Source: Macrostomum hystrix (taxonomy: Eukaryota > Animalia > Platyhelminthes). From it: a DNA stretch of 64,000 nt. Position numbers and translations under genes: made by a program. Shown here in pieces: positions 36,396 through 48,600 of the stretch (its first letter is position 1; each line of letters opens with the position of its first letter). The notes under the pieces were generated by a model. It had not been told where the DNA came from. It made no database searches and was given only the letters and a program-made list of their open reading frames with translations. The stretch lies in the NCBI GenBank assembly GCA_950097015.1, contig CATNEN010000039.1, forward strand, positions 12,834,001-12,898,000, in the 5' to 3' direction.

Positions 36396-37872
36396 GAGCA
36401 TCGAGAATCGAGCATCGAGAATCGAGCATCGAGAATCGAGCATCGAGAATCGAGCATCGAGAATCGAGCATCGAGAATCGAGCATCGAGAATCGAGCATC
36501 GAGAATCGAGCATCGAGAATCGAGCATCGAGAATCGAGCATCGAGAATCGAGCATCGAGAATCGAGCATCGAGAATCGAGCATCGAGAATCGAGCATCGA
36601 GAATCGAGCATCGAGAATCGAGCATCGAGAATCGAGCATCGAGCATCGAGAATCGAGCATCGAGAATCGAGCATCGAGAATCGAGCATCGAGAATCGAGC
36701 ATCGAGAATCGAGCATCGAGAATCGAGCATCGAGAATCGAGCATCGAGAATCGAGCATCGAGAATCGAGCATCGAGAATCGAGCATCGAGAATCGAGCAT
36801 CGAGAATCGAGCATCTTCATATTGAGTTTGAATGCGAGAATCGAGCATCGAGAATCGAGCATCTTCATATTGAGTTTGAATGCGAGAATCGAGCATCGAG
36901 AATCAAACTCAATCGAGCATCGAGAATCGAGCATCGAGAATCGAGCATCGAGAATCGAGCATCGAGAATCGAGCATCGAGAATCGAGCATCGAGAATCGA
37001 GCATCGAGAATCGAGCATCGAGAATCGAGCATCGAGAATCGAGCATCGAGAATCGAGCATCGAGAATCGAGCATCGAGAATCGAGCATCGAGAATCGAGC
37101 ATCGAGAATCGAGCATCGAGAATCGAGCATCGAGAATCGAGCATCGAGAATCGAGCATCGAGAATCGAGCATCGAGAATCGAGCATCGAGAATCGAGCAT
37201 CGAGAATCGAGCATCGAGAATCGAGCATCGAGAATCGAGCATCGAGAATCGAGCATCGAGAATCGAGCATCGAGAATCGAGCATCGAGAATCGAGCATCG
37301 AGAATCGAGCATCGAGAATCGAGCATCGAGAATCGAGCATCGAGAATCGAGCATCGAGAATCGAGCATCGAGAATCGAGCATCGAGAATCGAGCATCGAG
37401 AATCGAGCATCGAGAATCGAGCATCGAGAATCGAGCATCGAGAATCGAGCATCGAGAATCGAGCATCGAGAATCGAGCATCGAGAATCGAGCATCGAGAA
37501 TCGAGCATCGAGAATCGAGCATCGAGAATCGAGCATCGAGAATCGAGCATCGAGAATCGAGCATCGAGAATCGAGCATCGAGAATCGAGCATCGAGAATC
37601 GAGCATCGAGAATCGAGCATCGAGAATCGAGCATCGAGAATCGAGCATCGAGAATCGAGCATCGAGAATCGAGCATCGAGAATCGAGCATCGAGAATCGA
37701 GCATCGAGAATCGAGCATCGAGAATCGAGCATCGAGAATCGAGCATCGAGAATCGAGCATCGAGAATCGAGCATCGAGAATCGAGCATCGAGAATCGAGC
37801 ATCGAGAATCGAGCATCGAGAATCGAGCATCGAGAATCGAGCATCGAGAATCGAGCATCGAGAATCGAGCAT
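36396..37872. repeat. 14-bp tandem repeat, ~100 copies
   Basis: (gagcatcgagaatc)n, near perfect, with short interruptions at ~36815-36912. Confidence 0.98.
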
Positions 37873-38916
37873 CTTCATATTGAGTTTGAAGAATACTTAG
37901 TTGCAAGTATACTAATTCAGAACCCGATACTTAGTTGCTATGCCTTGCCACATCGTTCACTGATCTCAATGTTTTAATGGATATCTGCAGATGCGAAGCC
38001 TTTCATGTGGTCGGATTTCTATGGTCCTATATTCCTATGGTCAGATTTTAGTAATGATAATATATTCGGGCCACCTGGTACAGTGTGCGGGGCATGGTTC
38101 TGCAGCTGGCTTGGAGTACAGTAATGTACATTCAAAGTGCTATTATTTGTCAGTGTTGAGCTCGCTTGCTTAACTCAATTATTGCTATAGCAGGCCGGGC
38201 TGCACCTGGTGCTCCTGTACGCTGTCAGTCTCCAGGCCTGTAATATTTGTTTAATTATGCTTGTACACGGCCCGCCCTCTGTGCTAGTATTCGGCGCCGT
38301 CGTATCAATTTTCTGAATTGCTGATGACGCCGAGTGGGCGGTGAGGACATGCCTCCAGGTCCCCACACATCCAGCTGCCGTCAGTCAGAAGCCGAGTCTC
38401 CAGGTAATCTTGTGAAATATACACTTCGCACTTTAATCCAAAGATTTAAAATCAATCAAGTCTGTTGGATTATTCACAACCTCTAGTCATACCCAAGTTT
38501 TGAAGTAATGCAGCTACACAATTACAAGCGTATGTTCGCAGCAATATTAGAGCCTAGCAATCAGCTTGTTGGGCCAGACGAATAATCATCGAGTACAGTT
38601 TTATTTTTTTCTTCAATCAGATTTCCGACACAATCGCTCCCATCGGCCCCTATAGGTACATTTCAGTTTGCCCAGATTAAGCTGAGCGCGAGGCGAAACG
38701 CACTGGAGAGAACGAGAAAAAGATTAGGGATACAAGGCCTGGCATCAACTGGGGAAGGAGGCGGGAAAGACAACACAAAAGCGGGGAGCAGGGCTGGGAA
38801 TCCATGGTTCGAATAAGTCGAGTGAGATTAACTTCGGGGATTAAAACGGAGCTCCGGTCAGAGATGGCGAAATTCATTAGCAGCCCAGCAAATTGCAATC
38901 CAACACTTCGCCCGCT

Positions 38917-39903
38917 TTAGCGAACTCTAGACCTCAGGGCCCGCATGTCGACGCTTCGGCCGTATCTGAAACAAATGAAATGACGAACCGCGTTACAGTG
39001 TCACAATTGTTCCGTAATTTTATCTGAAGCCTCAGAGAGAACTCGTATCTAGCTCGTAATAAAAGCCGCATTCCAAAATGGTGTCAATGGATTACAATAT
39101 AAAAAATGCAATCCTCACCTGTGCCTGGTGTAATTCTGATACCCATCGGGTCCTCACCTGTGCCTGATGCGATTCTTATATACCCATCGGGTCCTCACCT
39201 GTGCCTGATGCGATTCTGATACCCATCGGGTCCTCACCTGTGCCTGATGCGATTCTGATACCCATCGGGTCCTCACCTGTGCCTGATGCGATTCTTATAT
39301 ACCCATCGGGTCCTCACCTGTGCCTGATGCGATTCTGATACCCATCGGGTCCTCACCTGTGCCTGATGCGATTCTTATATACCCATCGGGTCCTCACCTG
39401 TGCCTGATGCGATTCTGATACCCATCGGGTCCTCACCTGTGCCTGATGTAATTCTGATACCCATCGGGTCCTCACCTGTGCCTGATGCGATTCTGATACC
39501 CATCGGGTCATTACCTGTGCCTGATGCAATTCTGATACCCATCGGGTCATTACCTGTGCCTGATGCAATTCTGATACCCATCGGGTCCTCACCTGGGTCT
39601 GCTGAGAGCCTCCAGCACTTGGCGAAAATATCGGGCCAGATCCTCGTCGGTAGCAGCGGCATGCAGCTTGCCGAGTGCCACCAGGCGAGACTTCAGAGCG
39701 TCGAGATCACGATCCGCGGCCGACTGCCGTTTAGCCAGCTCGCCGATTTCGGCCAGGTCGGGGTCGGCGTCGGTCTCAAAGTGGACTCGGAAGGATCCAA
39801 CGCCGGTTGGTAAGTAGATTGGCAGCAGCAGCATCGGTAGTAGCAGCAGCAGCAGCGGCGGCAGAGCTGATCTACTCAAACGAGTCGACTTGCTTGAGAA
39901 CAT
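38917..39903 (-). CDS. NPY/NPF-family neuropeptide precursor, 2 coding exons
   Basis: Exon 39903-39593: signal peptide, KR site, ...LARYFRQVLEALSRP-AG|gtgagg. Exon 38965-38917: ttcag|A TAC GGC CGA gives RPR-Y-G-R. The phase-2 intron lies inside the penultimate Arg codon, typical of the NPY/NPF family. Confidence 0.85.
39112..39596. repeat. 39-41-bp tandem repeat, ~12 copies, in the neuropeptide intron
   Basis: Unit cctcacctgtgcctgatgcgattctgatacccatcgggt. Confidence 0.95.
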
Positions 39904-40599
39904 GGCTATGGCGGATCTGTGAATTAAGAAGGTGATTGAGATGATGCGACCGTAAAATACTCACCGCAGCGAGTGCATTAAGTAGTCCGGGAACAGCCGA
40001 CTGTTTTGCATGTTTGCTTTTCAAAGTGACTCAGGTCATGGCTGTGGCTTGTGTGTGCTTAAGCCAGATCAAACGCTTGTTCCCAGGTTGATATCACAAC
40101 GATACGGAATAAGAGGCTTAGATAAAAGCATATCTCAGTTCGCTGATATCAGTGACTGAGAAAGATAATGAGGTGGGCAATAAAAATGGCATAGCTCCCC
40201 TTGATAATGGCAGGGCAGGCTTACCTGCTCCTAATAGGTCGAATATGTCTGGTTGATTCCACGCAACGAGTCCACTGCAGCGGAGTCCCACTGAGGGACG
40301 GCCAGCCCCAGTTTTAAAGCTTAGCAGCACGGAGACTTGCCCGGCCTACCCCGATTGGCTGCCCGAAGTCGGGAACCATAAAGTGAATACATTCGGGATT
40401 TGATGCCGCGTGTGAAAAACGAGTTGGGGAGGACAGGAGAGGTCAATTACCACTCGGCTTATCTGCAGACTGCAGACAGTGTAGACTAGAACATGCATGC
40501 TCGAGATAGGACTCAGCAATGAGATTGGGCTTGCTAGACCCTGACTGTGATTTACAATTAGTAAACTGATGCTTTGACTTGACTCGTACTCAACCAGCT

Positions 40600-41655
40600 G
40601 ACTGACAGTGAGCTGACTGACACTGAGCTGAATGACACTGACACTGTCTAACATTGACACTAACTGACATTGAACTAACTGACACTAACACTGTCTGACA
40701 CTGACACTAACTGACACTGTCTGACATTGAGCTGACTGACACTGACACTGTCTGACACTGACACTAACTGACACTGTCTGACATTGAGCTGACTGACACT
40801 AACACTGTCTGACACTGACACTAACTGACACTGAGCTGACTGACACTGACACTGTCTGACACTGACACTAACTGACACTGTCTGACATTGAGCTGACTGA
40901 CAATGACACCGTCTGACACTGACACTAACTGGCATTGAGCTGACTGACAATGACACCGTCTGACACTGACACTAACTGACATTGAGCTGACTGACAATGA
41001 CACCGTCTGACACTTACACTAACTGGCATTGAGCTGACTGACAATGACACCGTCTGACACTGACACTAACTGGCATTGAGCTGACTGACAATGACACCGT
41101 CTGACACTGACACTAACTGACATTCAGCTGACTGACAATGACACCGTCTGACACTGACACTAACTGACATTGAGCTGACTGACAATGACACCGTCTGACA
41201 CTGACACTAACTGACATTGAGCTGACTGACAATGACACCGTCTGACACTGACACTAACTGACATTGAGCTGACTGACAATGACACCGTCTGACACTGACA
41301 CTAACTGACATTGAGCTGACTGACAATGACACCGTCTGACACTGACACTAACTGACATTGAGCTGACTGACACTGACACCGTCTGACACTGACACTAACT
41401 GACACTGAGCTGACTGACAATGACACCGTCTGACACTGACACTAACTGACACTGAGCTGACTGACACTGACACTGTCTGACACTGACACTAACTGACACT
41501 GAGCTGACTGACAATGACACCGTCTGACACTGACACTAACTGACACTGAGCTGACTGACACTGACACTGTCTGACACTGACACTAACTGACACTGAGCTG
41601 ACTGACACTGACTCGACTGACACTGACAATAACTGACACTAACCTGACTGATGCT
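40600..41655. repeat. Higher-order (~60-bp) repeat built from ctgaca hexamers
   Basis: ctgacactgacactaactgacattgagctgactgacaatgacaccgt units. Confidence 0.92.
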
Positions 41656-42640
41656 GAGCTTTCTTGGTCGGAAATCAATCACTGAGGCATCATAAGAGAT
41701 CAGGAAAACAAGATAACCAGTATAATGCAAAACAAATCGACAAAGATGACCATCTGTTGCTAAGAAATTAAAAGCTAATGGATCAAATTCAAGGAAAGAC
41801 TCCTCGATGACCAAATGTGGCGATAATCCTGTGCTAATCTTGAGATAATCCCTGTGATCCAAGCCCACACAAGCGGAAATTGTGGCAGTGCAGTTTCAGC
41901 AGGTTTCATTTCGGAGTCGCCCCCATTCGGTTCCTTTGCCCTAGACAGCAGGTGTAACGAGATAGTGCAGAAGCAAATCATTGCTTAGACTTGACAGACA
42001 TTTTTATGGCATCCGAATCACACAAGCCATTAGGCTACAAAAGCAAGCAAAAAATAATAATATCAACTCAAAATGGCTCACGCACACATGGGAATTTCAC
42101 ACCTCACTCTCCCCACATAACCCCATATCCCCTACCCCATCATCTGTAATACAGTACATAAAATGTCAGTAGTTCTGCATATCAAAAAGGTGTCCTAGAT
42201 CTAATCCGTTTTCAGTGCCAATCTCAGTCTGATTGCCTAATCAAAGAGAATTTGGAATTAAAAACTCAATTAAAAGAACAAAGAAGATTGCTACGCATTT
42301 CAGAAATTGTTCACCGCTATTTATAATTATAGACTTTCAGAGATTAAAATTTAGCCGCGAAAGAGAAGATGTAATACACATAGAGAAGAGAGATCCAATT
42401 TTAATATTGAGTACCTTCGAATCGACATATGGTCACCCTAAATGCAATTGTTGTGCTATTTTTAGGACTTCAGTTAGCAAGCTGAGAGTATTAGCCTTGA
42501 ACTCTTCGGTTACCATAGACCTCGGTCGGTGAGTAATATCGATCATCTTCAAATCTCAAAAGCTCATGGGGATTTGTTTAAAGTGCTACTCATATTGACT
42601 TTGAAGTTGTTTGAGTCTGGCTGGCTTTCCTCTCGACGGC

Positions 42641-45600
42641 ATGGCTGAGAAGCAGATTCAGCGTGCGCAGCGAGATTATAACGACACCAAGGGATTCCGT
42701 CCCGACACTGAGGCGAAGTCTGCTATCAAGTCTCTTGAAGAAAGTCAGCTGGTAAGTATGGAAGAACATTATTTTAGGCAACTACAAGTCCAGCTGTGAT
42801 ACGTGGCTAACTGAACCAGAGAAATACACTGCACCTGCAGTCTATCTTCAGTTTAAGGATGACATGAAACTCTATACTATTGGAAGCAAAGCCTGCAGTA
42901 TACTCCTCCAAGTTGTTTGTAACACATGCCTAGCTTTCATCAATCGCTCTTCATTCTTCAAAAAGTTTACTTTTAATTCGCTTTAAAAACTAGCATTTTG
43001 TCTACAAAATCTATGCTCAAAGGCCACAAGATATCGTGTGTGTTCAGGAGCCAGAGGACTGGGTAGGGGTGCCTCTCGCTAGCTGTGGCTCCTATTAACA
43101 CCAAAAATTCGTTAGGGCTAACAGCCCGTCCTGCAAATAACTTCATATCATTGCACTATCAGGTCCTGAACCTCTCTTTATTAATTAGAAAATCGCCAGG
43201 CTTAATCAAGAAAACTTCGACCTGCGTCTGTATTGCTACAACCTAGAGGAAAAAGTCAAGAAACTGGGCCCACCGACAATTTCAGGCAGTATTTTCAAGG
43301 ACCAAAATCTGGTGAGTTAATCTGTTCAGTTCGTTACAGAACAAAAAGCTGCCCGAAAAACAGCTTTAACTCGCATTTTTCATCAAAAAACTTTAAGCTC
43401 CAGCGCGATCTGTCCTACCTCGAGACTGAGGTCCGCGACTTGCGTGACGATGTGCAGCGCAAGGCCCGGCTGCTGTTGCAGGGCTCCGAAGCGCTGGATC
43501 AGCTCCGCCTTGAGCTAGAAGCCACCGAGCAGGACAAGCGCCAGATGTGCTGCGGAATGCGGCAGCGCGACTCACAGATTGAGGAGTTGACTCGCGAAAA
43601 TGCCACTCTCAGCGATAAGGCCTGCAAGATGGAGCAGGAGATATGCTGTTTGGAGCGCGGGTGAGCGTCGAATAACTAACTGACACGCATCGTTAGCTGC
43701 ACCTGCATGTACTTACTTGTACATCTGTTTGTCACTGATTGACACTAACATAAGACCTTTGTTGTGATTTTTTTATTTTCAAAGCCTCCTGGAGAGTGAA
43801 ACTAGACTTCTCGAGCTAGAAGACGAGATTCGACAACAAAATTGTGAGCTGGCCCATGCTCGAGATCAACTGAAAGAATGCGGCGACTGTCTGAATCAGC
43901 TGCAGGCGCTGGCGGAGGACGAAATACTGGCGGCCAGATACGAAGCTGAAGCTCTTCGTGCCGAAGTCATCAAAACCAATGTTGAAAAGCAACAAACTGA
44001 GAACGCTGACTTAGAGACAATGTCGGATCTAAGGCGCAAGATTAAACAGTTAGAGCAAACAGAGGCTGATTTGCAATCTAAAATCCAGGCAGAGCAAAAC
44101 AAGCTAGAGGAACTGAGGCTGCAGCAGGAAGCAGAGCGTAACAAGCTAGAGGAACTGAGGCTGCAGCAGGAAGCAGAGCGTAACAAGCTAGAGGAACTGA
44201 GGCTGCAGCAGGAAGAAGAGCGTAACAAGCTACAGGAGCTGAGGCTGCAACAGGAAGCAGAGCGTAACAAGCTAGAGGAACTGAGGCTGCAACAGGAAGC
44301 AGAGCGTAACAAGCTAGAGGAACTGAGGCTGCAACAGGAAGCAGAGATTAAAAAGTGTGAAGAAATGAGGCTACAGCAGGAAGCAGAGATTAAAAAGCGT
44401 GAAGAAATGAGGCTGCAGCAGGAAGCAGAGATTAAAAAGCTTGAAGAAATGAGGCTGCAGCAAGAAGCAGAGATTAAAAAGCGTGAAGAAATGAGGCTGC
44501 AGCAGGAAGCAGAGATTAAAAAGCGTGAAGAAATGAGGCTGCAGCAGGAAGCAGAGCGTAAAAAGCATGAAGAAATGAGGCTGCAGCAGGAAACAGAGAT
44601 TCAAAAGCTTGAAGAAATGAGGCTGCAGCAGGAAGCAGAGATTAAAAAGTGTGAAGAAATGAGGCTGCAACAGGAAGCAGATATTAAAAAGCGTGAAGAA
44701 ATGAGGCTGCAGCAGGAAGCAGAGATTAAAAAGCGGGAAGAAATGAGGCTGCAGCAGGAAGCAGAGCGTAAAAAGCATGAAGAAATGAGGCTGCAGCAGG
44801 AAGCAGAGATTAAAAAGCTTGAAGAAATGAGGTTGCAGCAAGAAGCAGAGATCGAAAAGCGTGAAGAAATGGGGCTGCAGCAGGAAGCAGAGCGTAAAAA
44901 GCATGAAGAAATGAGGCTGCAGCAGGAAGCAGAGATCGAAAAGCGTGAAGAAATGAGGCTGCAGCAGGAAGCAGAGATCGAAAAGCGGGAAGAAATGAGG
45001 CTGCAGCAGGAAGCAGAGATTAAAAAGCGTGAAGAAATGAGGCTGCAGCAGGAAGCAGAGATTAAAAAGCGTGAAGAAATGAGGCTGCCGCAGGAAGCAG
45101 AGATTAAAAAGCGTGAAGAAATGGGGCTGCCGCAGGAAGCAGAGATTAAAAAGCGTGAAGAAATGAGGCTGCAGCAGGAAGCAGAGATTAAAAAGCGTGA
45201 AGAAATGAGGCTGCCGCAGGAAGCAGAGATTAAAAAGCGTGAAGAAATGGGGCTGCCGCAGGAAGCAGAGATTAAAAAGCGTGAAGAAATGAGGCTGCAG
45301 CAGGAAGCAGAGATCGAAAAGCGTGAAGAAATGGGGCTGCCGCAGGAAGCAGAGATTAAAAAGCGTGAAGAAATGAGGCTGCCGCAGGAAGCAGAGATTA
45401 AAAAGCGTGAAGAAATGGGGCTGCAGCAGGAAGCAGAGATTAAAAAGCTTGAAGAAATGAGGCTGCAGCAGGAAGCAGAGCGTAAAAAGCATGAAGAAAT
45501 GAGGCTGCAGCAGGAAGCAGAGATTAAAAAGCGTGAAGAAATGAGGCTGCAGCAGGAAGCAGAGCGTAAAAAGCGTGAAGAAATGAGGCTGCAGCAGGAA

Positions 45601-48600
45601 GCAGAGATCGAAAAGCGTGAAGAAATGAGGCTGCAGCAGGAAGCAGAGATTAAAAAGCGTGAAGAAATGAGGCTGCAGCAGGAAGCAGATATTAAAAAGC
45701 ATGAAGAAATGGGGCTGCAGCAGGAAGCAGAGATTAAAAAGCTTGAAGAAATGAGGCTGCAGCAGGAAGCAGAGCGTAAAAAGCATGAAGAAATGAGGCT
45801 GCAGCAGGAAGCAGAGATTAACAAGCGTGAAGAAATGAGGCTGCAGCAGGAAGCAGAGCGTAAAAAGCATGAAGAAATGAGGCTGCAGCAGGAAGCAGAG
45901 ATTAACAAGCGTGAAGAAATGAGGCTGCAGCAGGAAGCAGAGATTAACAAGCGTGAAGAAATGAGGCTGCAGCAAGAAGCAGAGCGTAAAAAGCATGAAG
46001 AAATGAGGCTGCAGCAGGAAGCAGAGATTAACAAGCGTGAAGAAATGAGGCTGCAGCAGGAAGCAGAGCGTAAAAAGCATGAAGAAATGAGGCTGCAGCA
46101 GGAAGCAGAGCGTAAAAAGCATGAAGAAATGAGGCTGCAGCAGGAAGCAGAGATTAAAAAGCGGGAAGAAATGAGGCTGCAGCAGGAAGCAGAGATTAAA
46201 AAGCGTGAAGAAATGAGGCTGCAGCAGGAAGCAGAGATTAAAAAGCATGAAGAAATGAGGCTGCAGCAGGAAGCAGAGATTAAAAAGCGTGAAGAAATGA
46301 GGCTGCAGCAGGAAGCAGAGATTAAAAAGCGGGAAGAAATGAGGCTGCAGCAGGAAGCAGAGATTAAAAAGCGTGAAGAAATGAGGCTGCAGCAGGAAGC
46401 AGAAATTAAAAAGCGTGAAGAAATGAGGCTGCAGCAGGAAGCAGAGATTAAAAAGCTTGAAGAAATGAGGCTACAACAGAATAAGAGGTTGGAGCATGAA
46501 GCGGATGTTAAAAAGTTTTGGAATCAAAGGCTGGAACATGAATCAGTGGGTAACAGGCTTGGGAATCAAAGGCTGGAACATGAATCAGTGGGTAACAGGC
46601 TTGGGAATCAAATGCTGGAATATGAATCAGTGGGTAACAGGCTTGGGAATCAAATGCTGGAATATGAATCAGTGGGTAACAGGCTTGGGAATCAAAGGCT
46701 GGAATATGAATCAGTGGGCAACAGGCTTGGGAATCAAAGGCTGGAACATGAATCAGTGGGTAACAGGCTTGGGAATCAAAGGCTGGAACATGAATCAGTG
46801 GGTAACAGGCTTGGGAATCAAATGCTGGAATATGAATCAGTGGGTAACAGGCTTGGGAATCAAAGGCTGGAATATGAATCAGTGGGTAACAGGCTTGGGA
46901 ATCAAATGCTGGAACATGAATCAGTGGGTAACAGGCTTGGGAATCAAAGGCTGGAATATGAATCAGTGGGTAACAGGCTTGGGAATCAAAGGCTGGAATA
47001 TGAATCAGTGGGTAACAGGCTTGGGAATCAAAGGCTGGAATATGAATCAGTGGGCAACAGGCTTGGGAATCAAAGGCTGGAACATGAATCAGTGGGTAAC
47101 AGGCTTGGGAATCAAAGGCTGGAACATGAATCAGTGGGTAACAGGCTTGGGAATCAAAGGCTGGAACATGAATCAGTGGGTAACAGGCTTGGGAATCAAA
47201 GGCTGGAACATGAATCAGTGGGTAACAGGCTTGGGAATCAAATGCTGGAATATGAATCAGTGGGTAACAGGCTTGGGAATCAAATGCTGGAATATGAATC
47301 AGTGGGTAACAGGCTTGGGAATCAAAGGCTGGAATATGAATCAGTGGGCAACAGGCTTGGGAATCAAAGGCTGGAACATGAATCAGTGGGTAACAGGCTT
47401 GGGAATCAAAGGCTGGAACATGAATCAGTGGGTAACAGGCTTGGGAATCAAAGGCTGGAACATGAATCAGTGGGTAACAGGCTTGGGAATGAGACGCTGG
47501 AGCATGAGAAGCAGCTGGAGCAGCTGAAGTTGCAGTTGAATGAAATGATGAAGGCAAAACGCCGTATCAATAAAACGGATGAAGATTCTAGCCAGGATTC
47601 GCAGAGACAGTCAGAGCCGGTCAAGATTTTGATGGAGGTGGCCAATCCACCTCAAATGCAAAAGCAAAAGCACCTTTCATCAGCGTTTGCGGTTGCTCTG
47701 AATGATCTAGTTAGTTATGAAAAGGTGTGCAAGGAGCGAGTAATGAATTTACAGACGCTCGCTAAGGTGAAGAATGTTTCCAGTACTGAAATAATGAACC
47801 TGTTTCATGACATAAACAGATTCGTGCACAAAGAAATCATTGCACTGTTTATAGGCGTCATGCAAAGCGTCAAACAGGATATTGATGGACAGCTGCTCGA
47901 CCTGATGAAGCACATTGCCGATGCGTGCGATGATGAACTAACAATACTGCTGGACAGTTTACGGAAGTGGTCAGACCACCTGACCCCTGGCGATGTAAAA
48001 ATTCTGGCTGCTGAGAAAAAATATAGTAAAACACATCACACAGTGATGAGATCTATTGTCCTTGATGCGGTTAGAAAGTGGCAGGACGATGAATCTGCCG
48101 CAGCTTTTACGACACAGGACGATCAATCAGAAGAATGGAATTCGAAGCGAAAAGTGGCTCATATTCTGCATAGAAACATGCAAAACAGTGCTGTGATGGA
48201 TGAAGACATCGAGCAACGTGTCGTGCCTTCCAAGACGCATGTTGAAGCGAATGAAATGCTTGAAATCCTAACGAACCTAAAGAATGAGATTATTGAGCAA
48301 CGACAAGGCGCTGAGATTTCTGCATCAAAGATAAGACGTCCTAGCTTGCAATTTTGCAGGCAGAAAATGAGCTACTTGAAGCGCGTGCAAGGAGTCTTCA
48401 AAAAGGCGATCGAATACGTAGAAAAAACTGTTGAAGAAGATCCGGGGGCTGACACTGCGGCCCTCACAAACCTCTTGAACGAGATTCTGGGGGCGTTCAC
48501 TAGTCAGCTGCAACTTAGTGCCGAGAAGATTAACAAAAGCGGCGACGCTGCAAACAGAGGCTCACAACCTGCGGAAGCCAGTGCTCTGGCCACAATGGTG

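Noticed and set aside
36231-37977. Long ORFs on both strands (up to 517 aa)
   Set aside because: Translations of a stop-free 14-bp satellite; no unique coding sequence or splice context.
40080-41990. LTR element around the ctgaca array
   Set aside because: No paired LTRs, PBS/PPT or coding remnant identified.
44371-47557. Antisense and alternative-frame ORFs over the coding repeats
   Set aside because: Shadows of the 42-bp arrays; only the + frame continues into unique sequence.
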